From NCBI GenBank assembly GCA_035632615.1, contig DASQGM010000106.1, forward strand, positions 1 to 41,784: a DNA stretch of 41,784 nucleotides, written 5' to 3'. Of this stretch, positions 1-7,647 are shown piece after piece (the first letter of the stretch is position 1; the number at the start of each line of letters is the position of its first letter). The notes beneath the pieces are model-generated. The model was not told where the DNA came from. It ran no database searches and saw only the letters and a list, made by a program, of their open reading frames with translations. This DNA is from a bacterium. Lineage in GTDB: Bacteria > Sysuimicrobiota > Sysuimicrobiia > Sysuimicrobiales > Segetimicrobiaceae. The position numbers and the translations under genes were made by a program.

Positions 1-140
1 TGTCCGTGCAGGTGCTGTCGAGTTGGGAGGTGGGCGACCTCGGCGGGGCCGCCGCGCTGTCGCTGCTCCAGAGCGTGCTCCTGACCGCGGTCGTCCTGTT
101 CGGCCGGTACATCGTGGGGCTGCGGCTCCGCGTCGCGTAG
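1..140 (+). CDS. ABC transporter permease, C-terminal fragment (gene starts upstream of the window)
   Basis: Frame 3 is open from the window edge to TAG 138-140. It translates to a hydrophobic tail, ...GGAAALSLLQSVLLTAVVLFGRYIVGLRLRVA*, typical of the last TM helix of a binding-protein-dependent permease. An ABC ATPase gene follows 15 nt downstream. Confidence 0.5.
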   Translation, partial: SVQVLSSWEVGDLGGAAALSLLQSVLLTAVVLFGRYIVGLRLRVA

Positions 141-154
141 GGCAGGAGATCGAG

Positions 155-1279
155 ATGCCGGCGCAGGTGCAGGTCCATGTCGCGGTCGAAGGGCTGGTCA
201 AGCGCTTCGGCGTGCGTGCGGCCGTGGAGGACGTGTCGTTCCGGATCACGCGCGGGGAGTGCCTCGTGCTGCTCGGGCCGAGCGGGTGCGGAAAAACGAC
301 GACACTGCGCTGCGTGGCGGGTTTTGAGACGCCGGACCGCGGGCGGATCGTGATCGGCGGGCGCACCGTGTTCGATCATGGGCGCGGACGGTCAGTGCCG
401 CCGGCCCGGCGCGATATCGGCATGGTCTTCCAATCCTACGCGGTCTGGCCCCACATGACCGTATTCGACAATGTGGCATTCCCGTTGCGAATCCGGAGGC
501 GCCCGCGTCGAGAGATCATGCAACGGGTCGGCGACGTCCTCGCGCTTGTGGGACTCCGCGGGCACGAAGGCCACAACGCGAGCGCGCTGTCCGGGGGGCA
601 GATGCAGCGGGTGGCCCTTGCCCGCAGCCTCGTCTACGGCCCGAGCCTGTTGTTGCTCGACGAGCCGCTGAGCAATCTCGACGCGGTGTTGCGCGAACGG
701 CTCCGCGTCGAGATCAAGGCCATCCTCCAGCAGACGAACACCACCGCGATCTACGTGACGCACGATCAGATCGAAGCCGCGGTCCTTGGCGACGAGATCG
801 CGGTGATGAACGCCGGTGTCATCGAGCAACAAGGCTCTCCGACCGAGATCTTCAGCCGCCCGGCCCACCCGTTCGTGGCGGATTTTCTGGGAGCTACGAA
901 CCGGGTGGCGGGAGTGGCGCAGTCCGTGAACGGTCAGTGGACGGTCCGGACCGAGCGCGGCGATGTGCTGACCGCGCTGCCGCCGGCCGCGCCGATCGCG
1001 CCCGGGAGCCGATGTGTGGTGGTGTTCCGGCCGGAATCGCTCCAGTTGAGCGCCGTCCGTCCGGCCGCCGCCGTCAATCTCTGGGATGGCGATGTCGTGG
1101 AAGTGCGCTACCTCGGAACGTCCACATTGTACACGGTGCGGTCTGCGCTCGGCGATCTGCTCGCGCGCCCGCGGGAATCGCGGGTGTCGTTTCAAGCAGG
1201 CCGCCACGTGTGGCTGCACGTGCCTGCGGACAGTGCCGTGGTGCTGCGCGACATCGCGCCGCAAGGCGCTTCAGAATAA
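155..1279 (+). CDS. ABC transporter ATP-binding protein, PotA/CysA/MalK type with a C-terminal TOBE-like domain
   Basis: Walker A LLGPSGCGKTT, signature LSGGQMQRVALAR, Walker B LLLLDEPLS and H-loop YVTHDQ are all present. I chose ATG 155 because AGGAG at 144-148 sits just upstream. The 23-154 extension in the ORF track is Arg/Pro-rich and overlaps the preceding gene. Confidence 0.9.
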   Translation: MPAQVQVHVAVEGLVKRFGVRAAVEDVSFRITRGECLVLLGPSGCGKTTTLRCVAGFETPDRGRIVIGGRTVFDHGRGRSVPPARRDIGMVFQSYAVWPHMTVFDNVAFPLRIRRRPRREIMQRVGDVLALVGLRGHEGHNASALSGGQMQRVALARSLVYGPSLLLLDEPLSNLDAVLRERLRVEIKAILQQTNTTAIYVTHDQIEAAVLGDEIAVMNAGVIEQQGSPTEIFSRPAHPFVADFLGATNRVAGVAQSVNGQWTVRTERGDVLTALPPAAPIAPGSRCVVVFRPESLQLSAVRPAAAVNLWDGDVVEVRYLGTSTLYTVRSALGDLLARPRESRVSFQAGRHVWLHVPADSAVVLRDIAPQGASE

Positions 1280-1333
1280 CGGTGCCGACGCGCGCCCGCG
1301 TTCGCCGGGCCGCCGGCCAAGGGAGGGATACAT

Positions 1334-2215
1334 GTGACCGACCACGCCAGCCAGTTCCGAGCGCTGTTGCGCCGGGAGGACATCATCGTCGCGCCCATCT
1401 GCTACGATCCGTTCACCGCCCGCCTTGCGGAGCAGGCGGGGTTCGAGTGCATCGCGGTAGGCGGCTACGCGATGGGCGCCCACACGTGCCTGACCGAGCC
1501 GCTGCTGAGCCTCGACAATGTTGCGGACATCGCGCGGCGGATCCAGAGCGCGGTCGGGGTCCCGGTGTTCATGGACGCGGGCGCCGGCTACGGTGAGGCG
1601 ATCAACGTCTGGCACACCGTCCGGCAACTGGAGGCCACTGGGATCGCCGGGCTCCACATCGAGGATCAGGTGTATCCGAAGCGCGCGCATTACCACCGCG
1701 ACTATCGGGAACACGTGATCGATGTCGAGCACATGAAGGAGCGGATCCAGGCGGCGCTCGAGGCCCGGCGAAATCCGGACTTCGTGATCTGTGCCCGGAC
1801 CGATGCGATGAGGACGGACGGATTTGCCGAAGGGATCCGGCGCGCGAACGCGTATGTCGAGGCGGGTGCCGACATGATCATGTGCTTCCCCAATACCCCC
1901 GAGGAAGTTCGGCGGGCGCCTCGGGAAATTCCGGTGCCCGTGCAGTATGTGAATAGCCACGGCAACCGTGTGGGCCGGCCGGTGCTGTCGATCGCGGAGT
2001 TGCAGGCGGCAGGCTATAAGATGGTCGACTACGCCACGGCGTCGGTGCTCACGGTCTACGAGGCCGTTGGCGCGATGTTCAGGCGGTTGCGCCAGACGGG
2101 CGATGCCGGGATGTCGGCCGATCAGGCGATCGCCGCCCGAAAGGGAATTGAAGACCTGATCGGTCTCCCAACGCTGTACGCGATCGAGGAGCGTACGACC
2201 GAGCGCAGGCGGTGA
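1334..2215 (+). CDS. Isocitrate lyase / PEP mutase superfamily enzyme (methylisocitrate-lyase or oxaloacetate-decarboxylase-like), specific activity unclear
   Basis: Family hallmarks are present: DAGAGYG, AGLHIEDQVYPKR and ICARTDA. GTG start at 1334 follows GGGAGGGA at 1320-1328. The catalytic-loop position reads KRAHYH where lyases have K[KR]CGH. Confidence 0.85.
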   Translation: MTDHASQFRALLRREDIIVAPICYDPFTARLAEQAGFECIAVGGYAMGAHTCLTEPLLSLDNVADIARRIQSAVGVPVFMDAGAGYGEAINVWHTVRQLEATGIAGLHIEDQVYPKRAHYHRDYREHVIDVEHMKERIQAALEARRNPDFVICARTDAMRTDGFAEGIRRANAYVEAGADMIMCFPNTPEEVRRAPREIPVPVQYVNSHGNRVGRPVLSIAELQAAGYKMVDYATASVLTVYEAVGAMFRRLRQTGDAGMSADQAIAARKGIEDLIGLPTLYAIEERTTERRR

Positions 2216-2490
2216 CGAGTGCACGGGTTGGCCGCCCCACGCCAACCATCGCGAGGGTGACCCCCAACTTCGACATCCGGGACGCTTCTCTTTGCGGAGG
2301 TCTCGGGAGCGATCTTCCGGTGGATAGCTGAATCGCGGGACCGCACGAATGCAAGCGGCGTGTGATAGGTGGGACGAGCGATCCAACGGAAAGGATGATC
2401 CGCACCCATGTTGATGGAGAGACTGAATGCGGCTCCCCCCCGACGGATTGACGCGCTGCGCGGTGAGTCGGACCGCGGGATCTGGCGCCG

Positions 2491-4122
2491 GTGATGCGCC
2501 TGACCGGAGGGCAGACGCTCGTGCAATGCCTCGAGGCCCAAGGGGTCGACGCGGTATTCGGCCTGCCGGGCGTCCAGCTCGACTGGGCGTTCGACGCGCT
2601 GTACCTCGAGCGTGACGCGATCACGGTCTATCATACCCGGCACGAGCAGGCGGTATCCTACATGGCCGACGGGTATGCTCGAACCACCGGTCGCGTCGGT
2701 GTCTGCCTGACGGTTCCCGGACCGGGACTGCTGAACGCGATGGCGGGTCTCGCGACCGCCTATGCGTGTTCGTCGCCGGTCCTGTGCATCACGGGCCAGA
2801 TTCCTTCCCGTCACATCGGGAAGGGTCGCGGGCTGCTGCACGAGATCAAGGATCAGCTGCAGACGGTGCGTTCGGTGACCAAGTGGGCTGCCGCAGCGAC
2901 GCGCCCCGAAGATATCCCGTCGGTCGTTCGCGAGGCGTTCCGGCAGCTGCGGACCGGCCGCGCGCGCCCGGTGGCGATCGAGGTCGCACCGGACGTGCTC
3001 CAGGCGTCGGGGGACGTCGCGTCTTTCGCGCGCGTGGAAGTAGCGCGGCAGGAAGGTGATCCTGAGCTCGTCGAGCGGGCAGCCAAGGTGCTCGGGCGCG
3101 CCAAGCGGCCGAGCATCTTCGTGGGCGGCGGGGTGCTTCGATCCGGCGCGTCGGAGCCGCTTCTGCACCTCGCCGAGATGCTCGAGGCTCCGGTCATCAT
3201 GTCCAGCAGCGGCAAGGGCGCGCTCTCGGACCGTCACCGGCTGGCCCAGAGCATGGTGGCGGCCGAGGATCTGCTGCCGGCGGCAGACGTCGTGCTCATC
3301 GTGGGCACCCGGTTTCTCCAACCGGCGTTCTCGACGTGGGGCCCCCGTGACGGACAGACGCTCATCCAGATCGATGTCGATCCCGAAGAGATCGGGCGGA
3401 ACAGCCCCGTAGCGATCGGCATTGTTGCCGACGCGCATTGGGGCCTCACCGAGCTGCTCAACCGCGTCCCTCGTCACAACGGCAGTCGGTCCTCCCGCAG
3501 AGACGAGCTCGCGGCCGCGAAGCAGAAGGCAGACACGCGCTTAGCCACGCTGGAGCCGCTGCGGTCATACGCGCTCGCGATCCGCGAAGCGGTGCCGGAC
3601 GACGGAGTCGTGGTCACCGATCTCACCCAAGTCGGCTATTGGTCGTATTTTGGCGGGTTTCCCGTCTACGAACCCCGGACCTTGATCACGTCCGGGTATC
3701 AAGGGACGCTGGGGTTTGCGTTTCCGACTGCCCTCGGCGCGCGAGTCGGCGCGCCGGAGAAGAAGGTGGTCTCGATCAGCGGGGACGGCGGCTTCATGTA
3801 CAACGTGCAAGAGATGTCCACCATGGTCCGGCACGGGCTCAATGTGGTGGCGATTGTCTTCAACGACAACGCCTTCGGCAACGTCCGCCGCATCCAAAAG
3901 GAGTCTTTCGGCGGGCGAGTGGTTGCGTCGGACCTTCGGAACCCGGATTTCGTCCGGCTGGCGGAGTTGTTTGGCGTCGAGGGGCGGCGTGCAGAGAGTC
4001 CCGGGGCGCTGCGGGCCGCGCTCCAGGATGCGCTCGGCCGCGATCGCCCCGGGCTGATCGAAGTGCCGCTCGGTGAGATGCCCAATCCCTGGCCGGTGAT
4101 CCGGGCAGGGTCGCGCGAGTAG
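2491..4122 (+). CDS. Thiamine-diphosphate-dependent enzyme, acetolactate-synthase-large-subunit-like (three-domain POX/ALS family)
   Basis: N-terminal Pyr domain GVDAVFGLPG. TPP-binding motif ISGDGGFMYNVQEMSTMVRHGLNVVAIVFNDNAFGN. Length is 543 aa. Start is GTG 2491 or ATG 2494. Confidence 0.9.
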   Translation: MMRLTGGQTLVQCLEAQGVDAVFGLPGVQLDWAFDALYLERDAITVYHTRHEQAVSYMADGYARTTGRVGVCLTVPGPGLLNAMAGLATAYACSSPVLCITGQIPSRHIGKGRGLLHEIKDQLQTVRSVTKWAAAATRPEDIPSVVREAFRQLRTGRARPVAIEVAPDVLQASGDVASFARVEVARQEGDPELVERAAKVLGRAKRPSIFVGGGVLRSGASEPLLHLAEMLEAPVIMSSSGKGALSDRHRLAQSMVAAEDLLPAADVVLIVGTRFLQPAFSTWGPRDGQTLIQIDVDPEEIGRNSPVAIGIVADAHWGLTELLNRVPRHNGSRSSRRDELAAAKQKADTRLATLEPLRSYALAIREAVPDDGVVVTDLTQVGYWSYFGGFPVYEPRTLITSGYQGTLGFAFPTALGARVGAPEKKVVSISGDGGFMYNVQEMSTMVRHGLNVVAIVFNDNAFGNVRRIQKESFGGRVVASDLRNPDFVRLAELFGVEGRRAESPGALRAALQDALGRDRPGLIEVPLGEMPNPWPVIRAGSRE

Positions 4123-4165
4123 CACGCCACACGGGACCCGGATGGTACGCTCGCTGCGGGTCAGG

Positions 4166-4591
4166 CTACCTCGGCGACAGACCCCAGCTCCGCACCCGAG
4201 TTGGGACTATGCGAAACATCACCCGATCGGGCGGCATCATGTTGCCTCCCCACCGATGCTCAAGGTCCGGATGGTATTTCTCCAAGAGCGCCCGGACGAG
4301 CTCAAGCCGCTCCGCTGACTCAGGGAGGAACTCGGCACGACCGTGAATGATCACGCCCCGGATGTCGCCGCGGGTCCCGGTTTCAGCGACGACGCAGGCC
4401 CTTGGATCGCGGCTGAGATTTCGTACCTTCTGAGTGTTCGCCTCGCTGATCATGGTGAGATCCTCGGGTCTGTGCAGGAACCATACCGGCATCGCGAGCG
4501 GAGAGCCGTCCGTTTGAACACTAGCGAGCAGGACGACTTCCTTGGTCGCGAGGAAACCCTGGATATGCACATCTGCAAACCGCTCTGGCAC
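4166..4591 (-). CDS. Pyridoxamine-5'-phosphate-oxidase-fold (PPOX class, possibly F420-dependent) protein
   Basis: The C-terminal 141 aa of the 311-aa ORF carries the split-barrel pattern ...VLLASVQTDGSPLAMPVWF...RDPRACVV.... I chose GTG 4591, which has GAGAGGGA 5-12 nt upstream on the minus strand. The longer ORF would run into the divergent binding-protein gene. Confidence 0.7.
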   Translation of the reverse strand: MPERFADVHIQGFLATKEVVLLASVQTDGSPLAMPVWFLHRPEDLTMISEANTQKVRNLSRDPRACVVAETGTRGDIRGVIIHGRAEFLPESAERLELVRALLEKYHPDLEHRWGGNMMPPDRVMFRIVPTRVRSWGLSPR

Positions 4592-4699
4592 CTTTGTCCC
4601 TCTCGGATGTGCAACTGGCCTGCCCCTGACCCGCCTGTTCTTGCGAAGTTCCACCGCTGGCCGCGAATTCCTTGACCCGCTTGTGCTGTGACCAGCGTT

Positions 4700-4727
4700 C
4701 GCAGGAGGCCGGCCCGCCCGCAGGAGG
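4700..4727. repeat. Direct repeat CGCAGGAGG x2 (4700-4708 and 4719-4727) in the divergent intergenic region
   Basis: The exact 9-nt repeat was read directly. Both copies lie 34-61 nt upstream of ATG 4761 with no start codon in RBS range, so they are not ribosome-binding sites for an annotated gene. Confidence 0.3.
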
Positions 4728-4760
4728 AACGGGGCCGGTTCGCCAAAAAGGACGGTTACC

Positions 4761-5843
4761 ATGACAATCCTTCTGTGCATTCGGCGGTCAGTGTTGGGTA
4801 TCGTCCTCGGCGTGGCCTGTGCGGTCGCGCCGCTGCTGCCGGCCTTCGGCGCTCCCCAGACGATCTCGACGATCGAGCCGGGGTCGACCAGCGACGCCTG
4901 GGTCGCGTGGGACAAGCTGAGCTGCACGTACAAGCCGGCCGCCAAGCATCCGGACAAGTGGGTGGCGGTGCTGCGCAAGCCGGCGCGGCCGATGCGGCTG
5001 GGGTTCGGCGAACAGGGCGAGGGGCAGGTGCTGCTCGACGCCTTCAATGCGAGCATGAAGGCAGTCACGGCGAAGGTCGGTATCGAGCTGATCATCGGCA
5101 ACTACAACCTCCCCAGTACCACCGACGCCGTCACGCAGGCGCAGGCGATCGCGCTCCGCGGACCGAGCGTCGTCGTGAGCTTCAACGTGCTGACGGCGGT
5201 GATGCAAGCGGTCAACGGCAACTACTCGCGCGGCTGCGTCCCGATCATCCAGGTGACGGCGCCGGCGCCGAACACGATCGTCTTCGGCGCGAGCAATACG
5301 GACGTCGGTAAGACCGAGGGCAACTACCTGGCCGCCTACGTCAAGCAACACAACTGGCAGCCCGCCACCGTGACCGTACTTGGGCTGCAGTCGCCCGGGC
5401 TCGGGGAGTCGATCGGCCTGCGGATCGGCGACTGTCAGCGGGCCGTTCAGGCGGCGCTGCCGGGCGTCAAGGTCGATAACCTCGCGAGCGTCAGCCCCAG
5501 CACGGCCGACGCGCAGACGAAGACGACGGACTGGCTTACCGCGCACCCCAACGACCACCACGTGCTCGTGTGCAGCATCGCGGATCTCTTCTCGATCGGC
5601 GCGGCGAACGCGTTCAAGGGCGCGAACCGCTCCGACGACGGCGTGGTGATGGGCGCCGGCGGCGGCGCGGACGCCACCACGACGATCAAGGCCGGCGGGC
5701 CGATGGTCGGCACCGTGGACTTCGGCTGGGGCCGGTACGGCGACTATCTGGTGCCGCTCGCGGAGGACGTGTTCGAGGGCAAGCCGGTCCCGACGGAGAT
5801 CCACCAGCAACTGCGCGTGCTCGACAAGAGCAACATTTCCTGA
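4761..5843 (+). CDS. Sugar ABC transporter substrate-binding protein (type I periplasmic binding fold, RbsB-like)
   Basis: N-terminal signal peptide MTILLCIRRSVLGIVLGVACAVAPLLPAFGA. The overall alternating pattern matches ribose/xylose-type binding proteins. It directly precedes an RbsC-type permease. Confidence 0.75.
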   Translation: MTILLCIRRSVLGIVLGVACAVAPLLPAFGAPQTISTIEPGSTSDAWVAWDKLSCTYKPAAKHPDKWVAVLRKPARPMRLGFGEQGEGQVLLDAFNASMKAVTAKVGIELIIGNYNLPSTTDAVTQAQAIALRGPSVVVSFNVLTAVMQAVNGNYSRGCVPIIQVTAPAPNTIVFGASNTDVGKTEGNYLAAYVKQHNWQPATVTVLGLQSPGLGESIGLRIGDCQRAVQAALPGVKVDNLASVSPSTADAQTKTTDWLTAHPNDHHVLVCSIADLFSIGAANAFKGANRSDDGVVMGAGGGADATTTIKAGGPMVGTVDFGWGRYGDYLVPLAEDVFEGKPVPTEIHQQLRVLDKSNIS

Positions 5844-5851
5844 GTCCCGGA

Positions 5852-6877
5852 ATGCAGTCCGGCTCCGGTCCGGTCGACGCCGTCGGAGATCTCTCCCGGA
5901 CTCTCCCGCAGCCGCACGGACGCCTGACCGGGTGGCTGCACGGTCCCGGCGCCGATCAGATCGGCCTGTTCGGTGCCCTCGTCGTGCTGTGCACCATCTT
6001 CGCGATCCTCTCGCCGTTCTTTCTTCTCCCGCAGAACGCTCTCAACATCGCCCACGCCGTTTCCTACACCGGCATCACCGCGGCGATCACCACGCTCGTC
6101 CTCGTGGGCGGCGGGTTGGACCTCTCGATCTCCGCGGTGATGGCCCTCGCCGGGACGGTGTGCGCCGAGCTGTTGCTCAGGGGCGTCCCCTGGCCGGCCG
6201 TCATCGCGGGGGGGCTCGGGGCCGGCGTTGTGGTGGGCTTGTTCAACGGCGCGGTCATCACCTACGTCGGGATCAACCCGCTGATCGTCACGATCGGCAG
6301 CCAGTTCGTGGTCCGGGGCGCGGCGTTTCTGGTCGTCAAGAACCAGGAGCTGGTGATTACGGAGCGGCACTTCCTGTATCTCGGACAGGGCAGCCTCCTC
6401 GGCATCCCCGTGCCTGCGATCCTCATGGCGGCGATGTTCTGCCTCGTCGGCTGGTGGATGCGCTTCACGGTGTTCGGCCGGCACATGTACGCGATCGGGG
6501 GGAGCCCCGGCGGCACGATGGCCCGACTCGCCGGAATCCCCGTCGAGCGACGGCGGATGCAGATGTATGTGTTGAGCGGGATGTTTGCGGCGCTGAGCGG
6601 GATCGTGTTGGCGGGGTTCACCGGCACCGGGCTGGCGTACGCGGCGCAGGGCCTGGAACTACCGATCATCGCGTCCGTCATCCTCGGCGGCACCGCGCTG
6701 ACCGGCGGCCGGGGCTCGGTGCTGGTCACTGTGATCGGCGTGTTCGTCCTCGGCGTCGTCGCAAACGGCATCACTCTGCTGAACCTCTCGAACCAGTGGC
6801 AGCTCGTCGTCCAAGGTGTGGCGTTGCTGCTCGCCGTGATCGTGGACGAGGTGCGTGCCAAGCGGCGGGCGCGATGA
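5852..6877 (+). CDS. Sugar ABC transporter permease (RbsC/AraH family)
   Basis: Polytopic hydrophobic protein with the conserved stretch FGRHMYAIGGSPGGTMARLAGIPVERRR...SGMFAALSG. ATG 5852 lies 9 nt after the binding-protein stop. The upstream part of the 435-aa ORF overlaps that gene. Confidence 0.85.
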   Translation: MQSGSGPVDAVGDLSRTLPQPHGRLTGWLHGPGADQIGLFGALVVLCTIFAILSPFFLLPQNALNIAHAVSYTGITAAITTLVLVGGGLDLSISAVMALAGTVCAELLLRGVPWPAVIAGGLGAGVVVGLFNGAVITYVGINPLIVTIGSQFVVRGAAFLVVKNQELVITERHFLYLGQGSLLGIPVPAILMAAMFCLVGWWMRFTVFGRHMYAIGGSPGGTMARLAGIPVERRRMQMYVLSGMFAALSGIVLAGFTGTGLAYAAQGLELPIIASVILGGTALTGGRGSVLVTVIGVFVLGVVANGITLLNLSNQWQLVVQGVALLLAVIVDEVRAKRRAR

Positions 6878-7647
6878 GCATGATTTCTGCGGTGGAAAAG
6901 GGGGAGGTCGTCTACGCCGCGCGCGGGCTGTCGAAGCACTTCGGGCCCATCGCGGCGTGCCAGGATGTGGACATCGACATCCGGAGCGGAACGCTGACCG
7001 CGATGGTCGGCGACAACGGCGCGGGCAAGTCGACGCTGGTCAAGATGTTGACCGGCGCGCTCCAGCCGGACGCCGGACGGCTCGTGCTCCGCGGGGAGGA
7101 GGTCCGGTTCGCGAGCCCGCTGGAGGCCCGCCGGAAGCGGGTCGAGGTCGTGTATCAGGAGCTCGCGCTCGCCCCGAACCTCGACGCGGTCGCAAACATC
7201 TTCCTCGGCCGGGAGCTGACGCGCCCGATCGCCGGCGTGCCGGGGTTGCGCCGCCTGGACGAGGCACGGATGCGGGGGCTCGCCCGCGAGGAGATCCGCC
7301 GGCTCAACGTCAAGATCCCGAGCATCCGAGGCATCCCGGTCGGCAAGATGTCCGGGGGGCAGCAGCAGTCGGTCGCGATCGCGCGCGCCGCGTACTGGAC
7401 CACCGACGTGCTGTTCATGGACGAGCCGACCGCGGCGCTCGGCGTCCAGGAGGCGCGGGCCGTCCTCGATCTCGTGCGCGGCATCGTCGACCGGGGTGTC
7501 GCGGTGGTCATGGTCAGCCACATCCTCCCGCACGTTATCGAGCTCGCCGATCACATCGTCGTGATGCGCCACGGTCGCAAGGTCGCCGACACGCCGAGCC
7601 GGGACGTGGGGATGGACGCCCTGGTCCGGCTGATCGTCGGCGCATGA
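6874..7647 (+). CDS. Sugar ABC transporter ATP-binding protein, single-cassette (about 257 aa)
   Basis: Walker A MVGDNGAGKST, signature MSGGQQQSVAIARA, Walker B VLFMDEPTAALG. The ATG overlaps the permease stop (ATGA at 6874-6877). Confidence 0.9.
   Translation: MSMISAVEKGEVVYAARGLSKHFGPIAACQDVDIDIRSGTLTAMVGDNGAGKSTLVKMLTGALQPDAGRLVLRGEEVRFASPLEARRKRVEVVYQELALAPNLDAVANIFLGRELTRPIAGVPGLRRLDEARMRGLAREEIRRLNVKIPSIRGIPVGKMSGGQQQSVAIARAAYWTTDVLFMDEPTAALGVQEARAVLDLVRGIVDRGVAVVMVSHILPHVIELADHIVVMRHGRKVADTPSRDVGMDALVRLIVGA

Noticed and set aside
23-154. N-terminal extensions offered by the ORF track: 23-154 for the first ATPase, 4592-5101 for the PPOX gene, and 5570-5851, 5932-6873, 6855-7643, 8758-9081, 12348-13055, 15610-15993, 22205-22885 and 22642-23739 for others.
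   Set aside because: Each extension overlaps the preceding well-supported gene in another frame, is Arg/Pro/Gly-rich, and lies upstream of an internal start that has an SD-like sequence or a 4-nt start-stop overlap. The shorter models are used.
2216-2490. TPP or other known riboswitch in the long spacer before the TPP-dependent enzyme.
   Set aside because: I could not find the conserved TPP-riboswitch elements (the CUGAGA bulge and the ACCUGAUCUGGAUAAUGCCAGCG-type helix) or the core motifs of the other classes I can recall. TPP riboswitches control thiamine synthesis and transport genes, not TPP-using enzymes. An Infernal scan is still needed.
1334-4122. Possible phosphonate biosynthesis pair (PEP mutase plus phosphonopyruvate decarboxylase).
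   Set aside because: The superfamily member has EDQVYPKRAH instead of the PEP-mutase-specific EDKx5NS motif. The TPP enzyme is a full three-domain ALS-like protein, not a short Ppd-type decarboxylase. No AEP transaminase or other phosphonate gene follows.
6874-7647. Single-cassette (257 aa) ATPase with a ribose-type (CUT2-like) permease, where RbsA-type ATPases are usually fused double cassettes.
   Set aside because: It is real, but single-cassette ATPases are already known for some CUT2-related systems, such as the fructose Frc type. I note it in the annotation and do not count it as a novelty.
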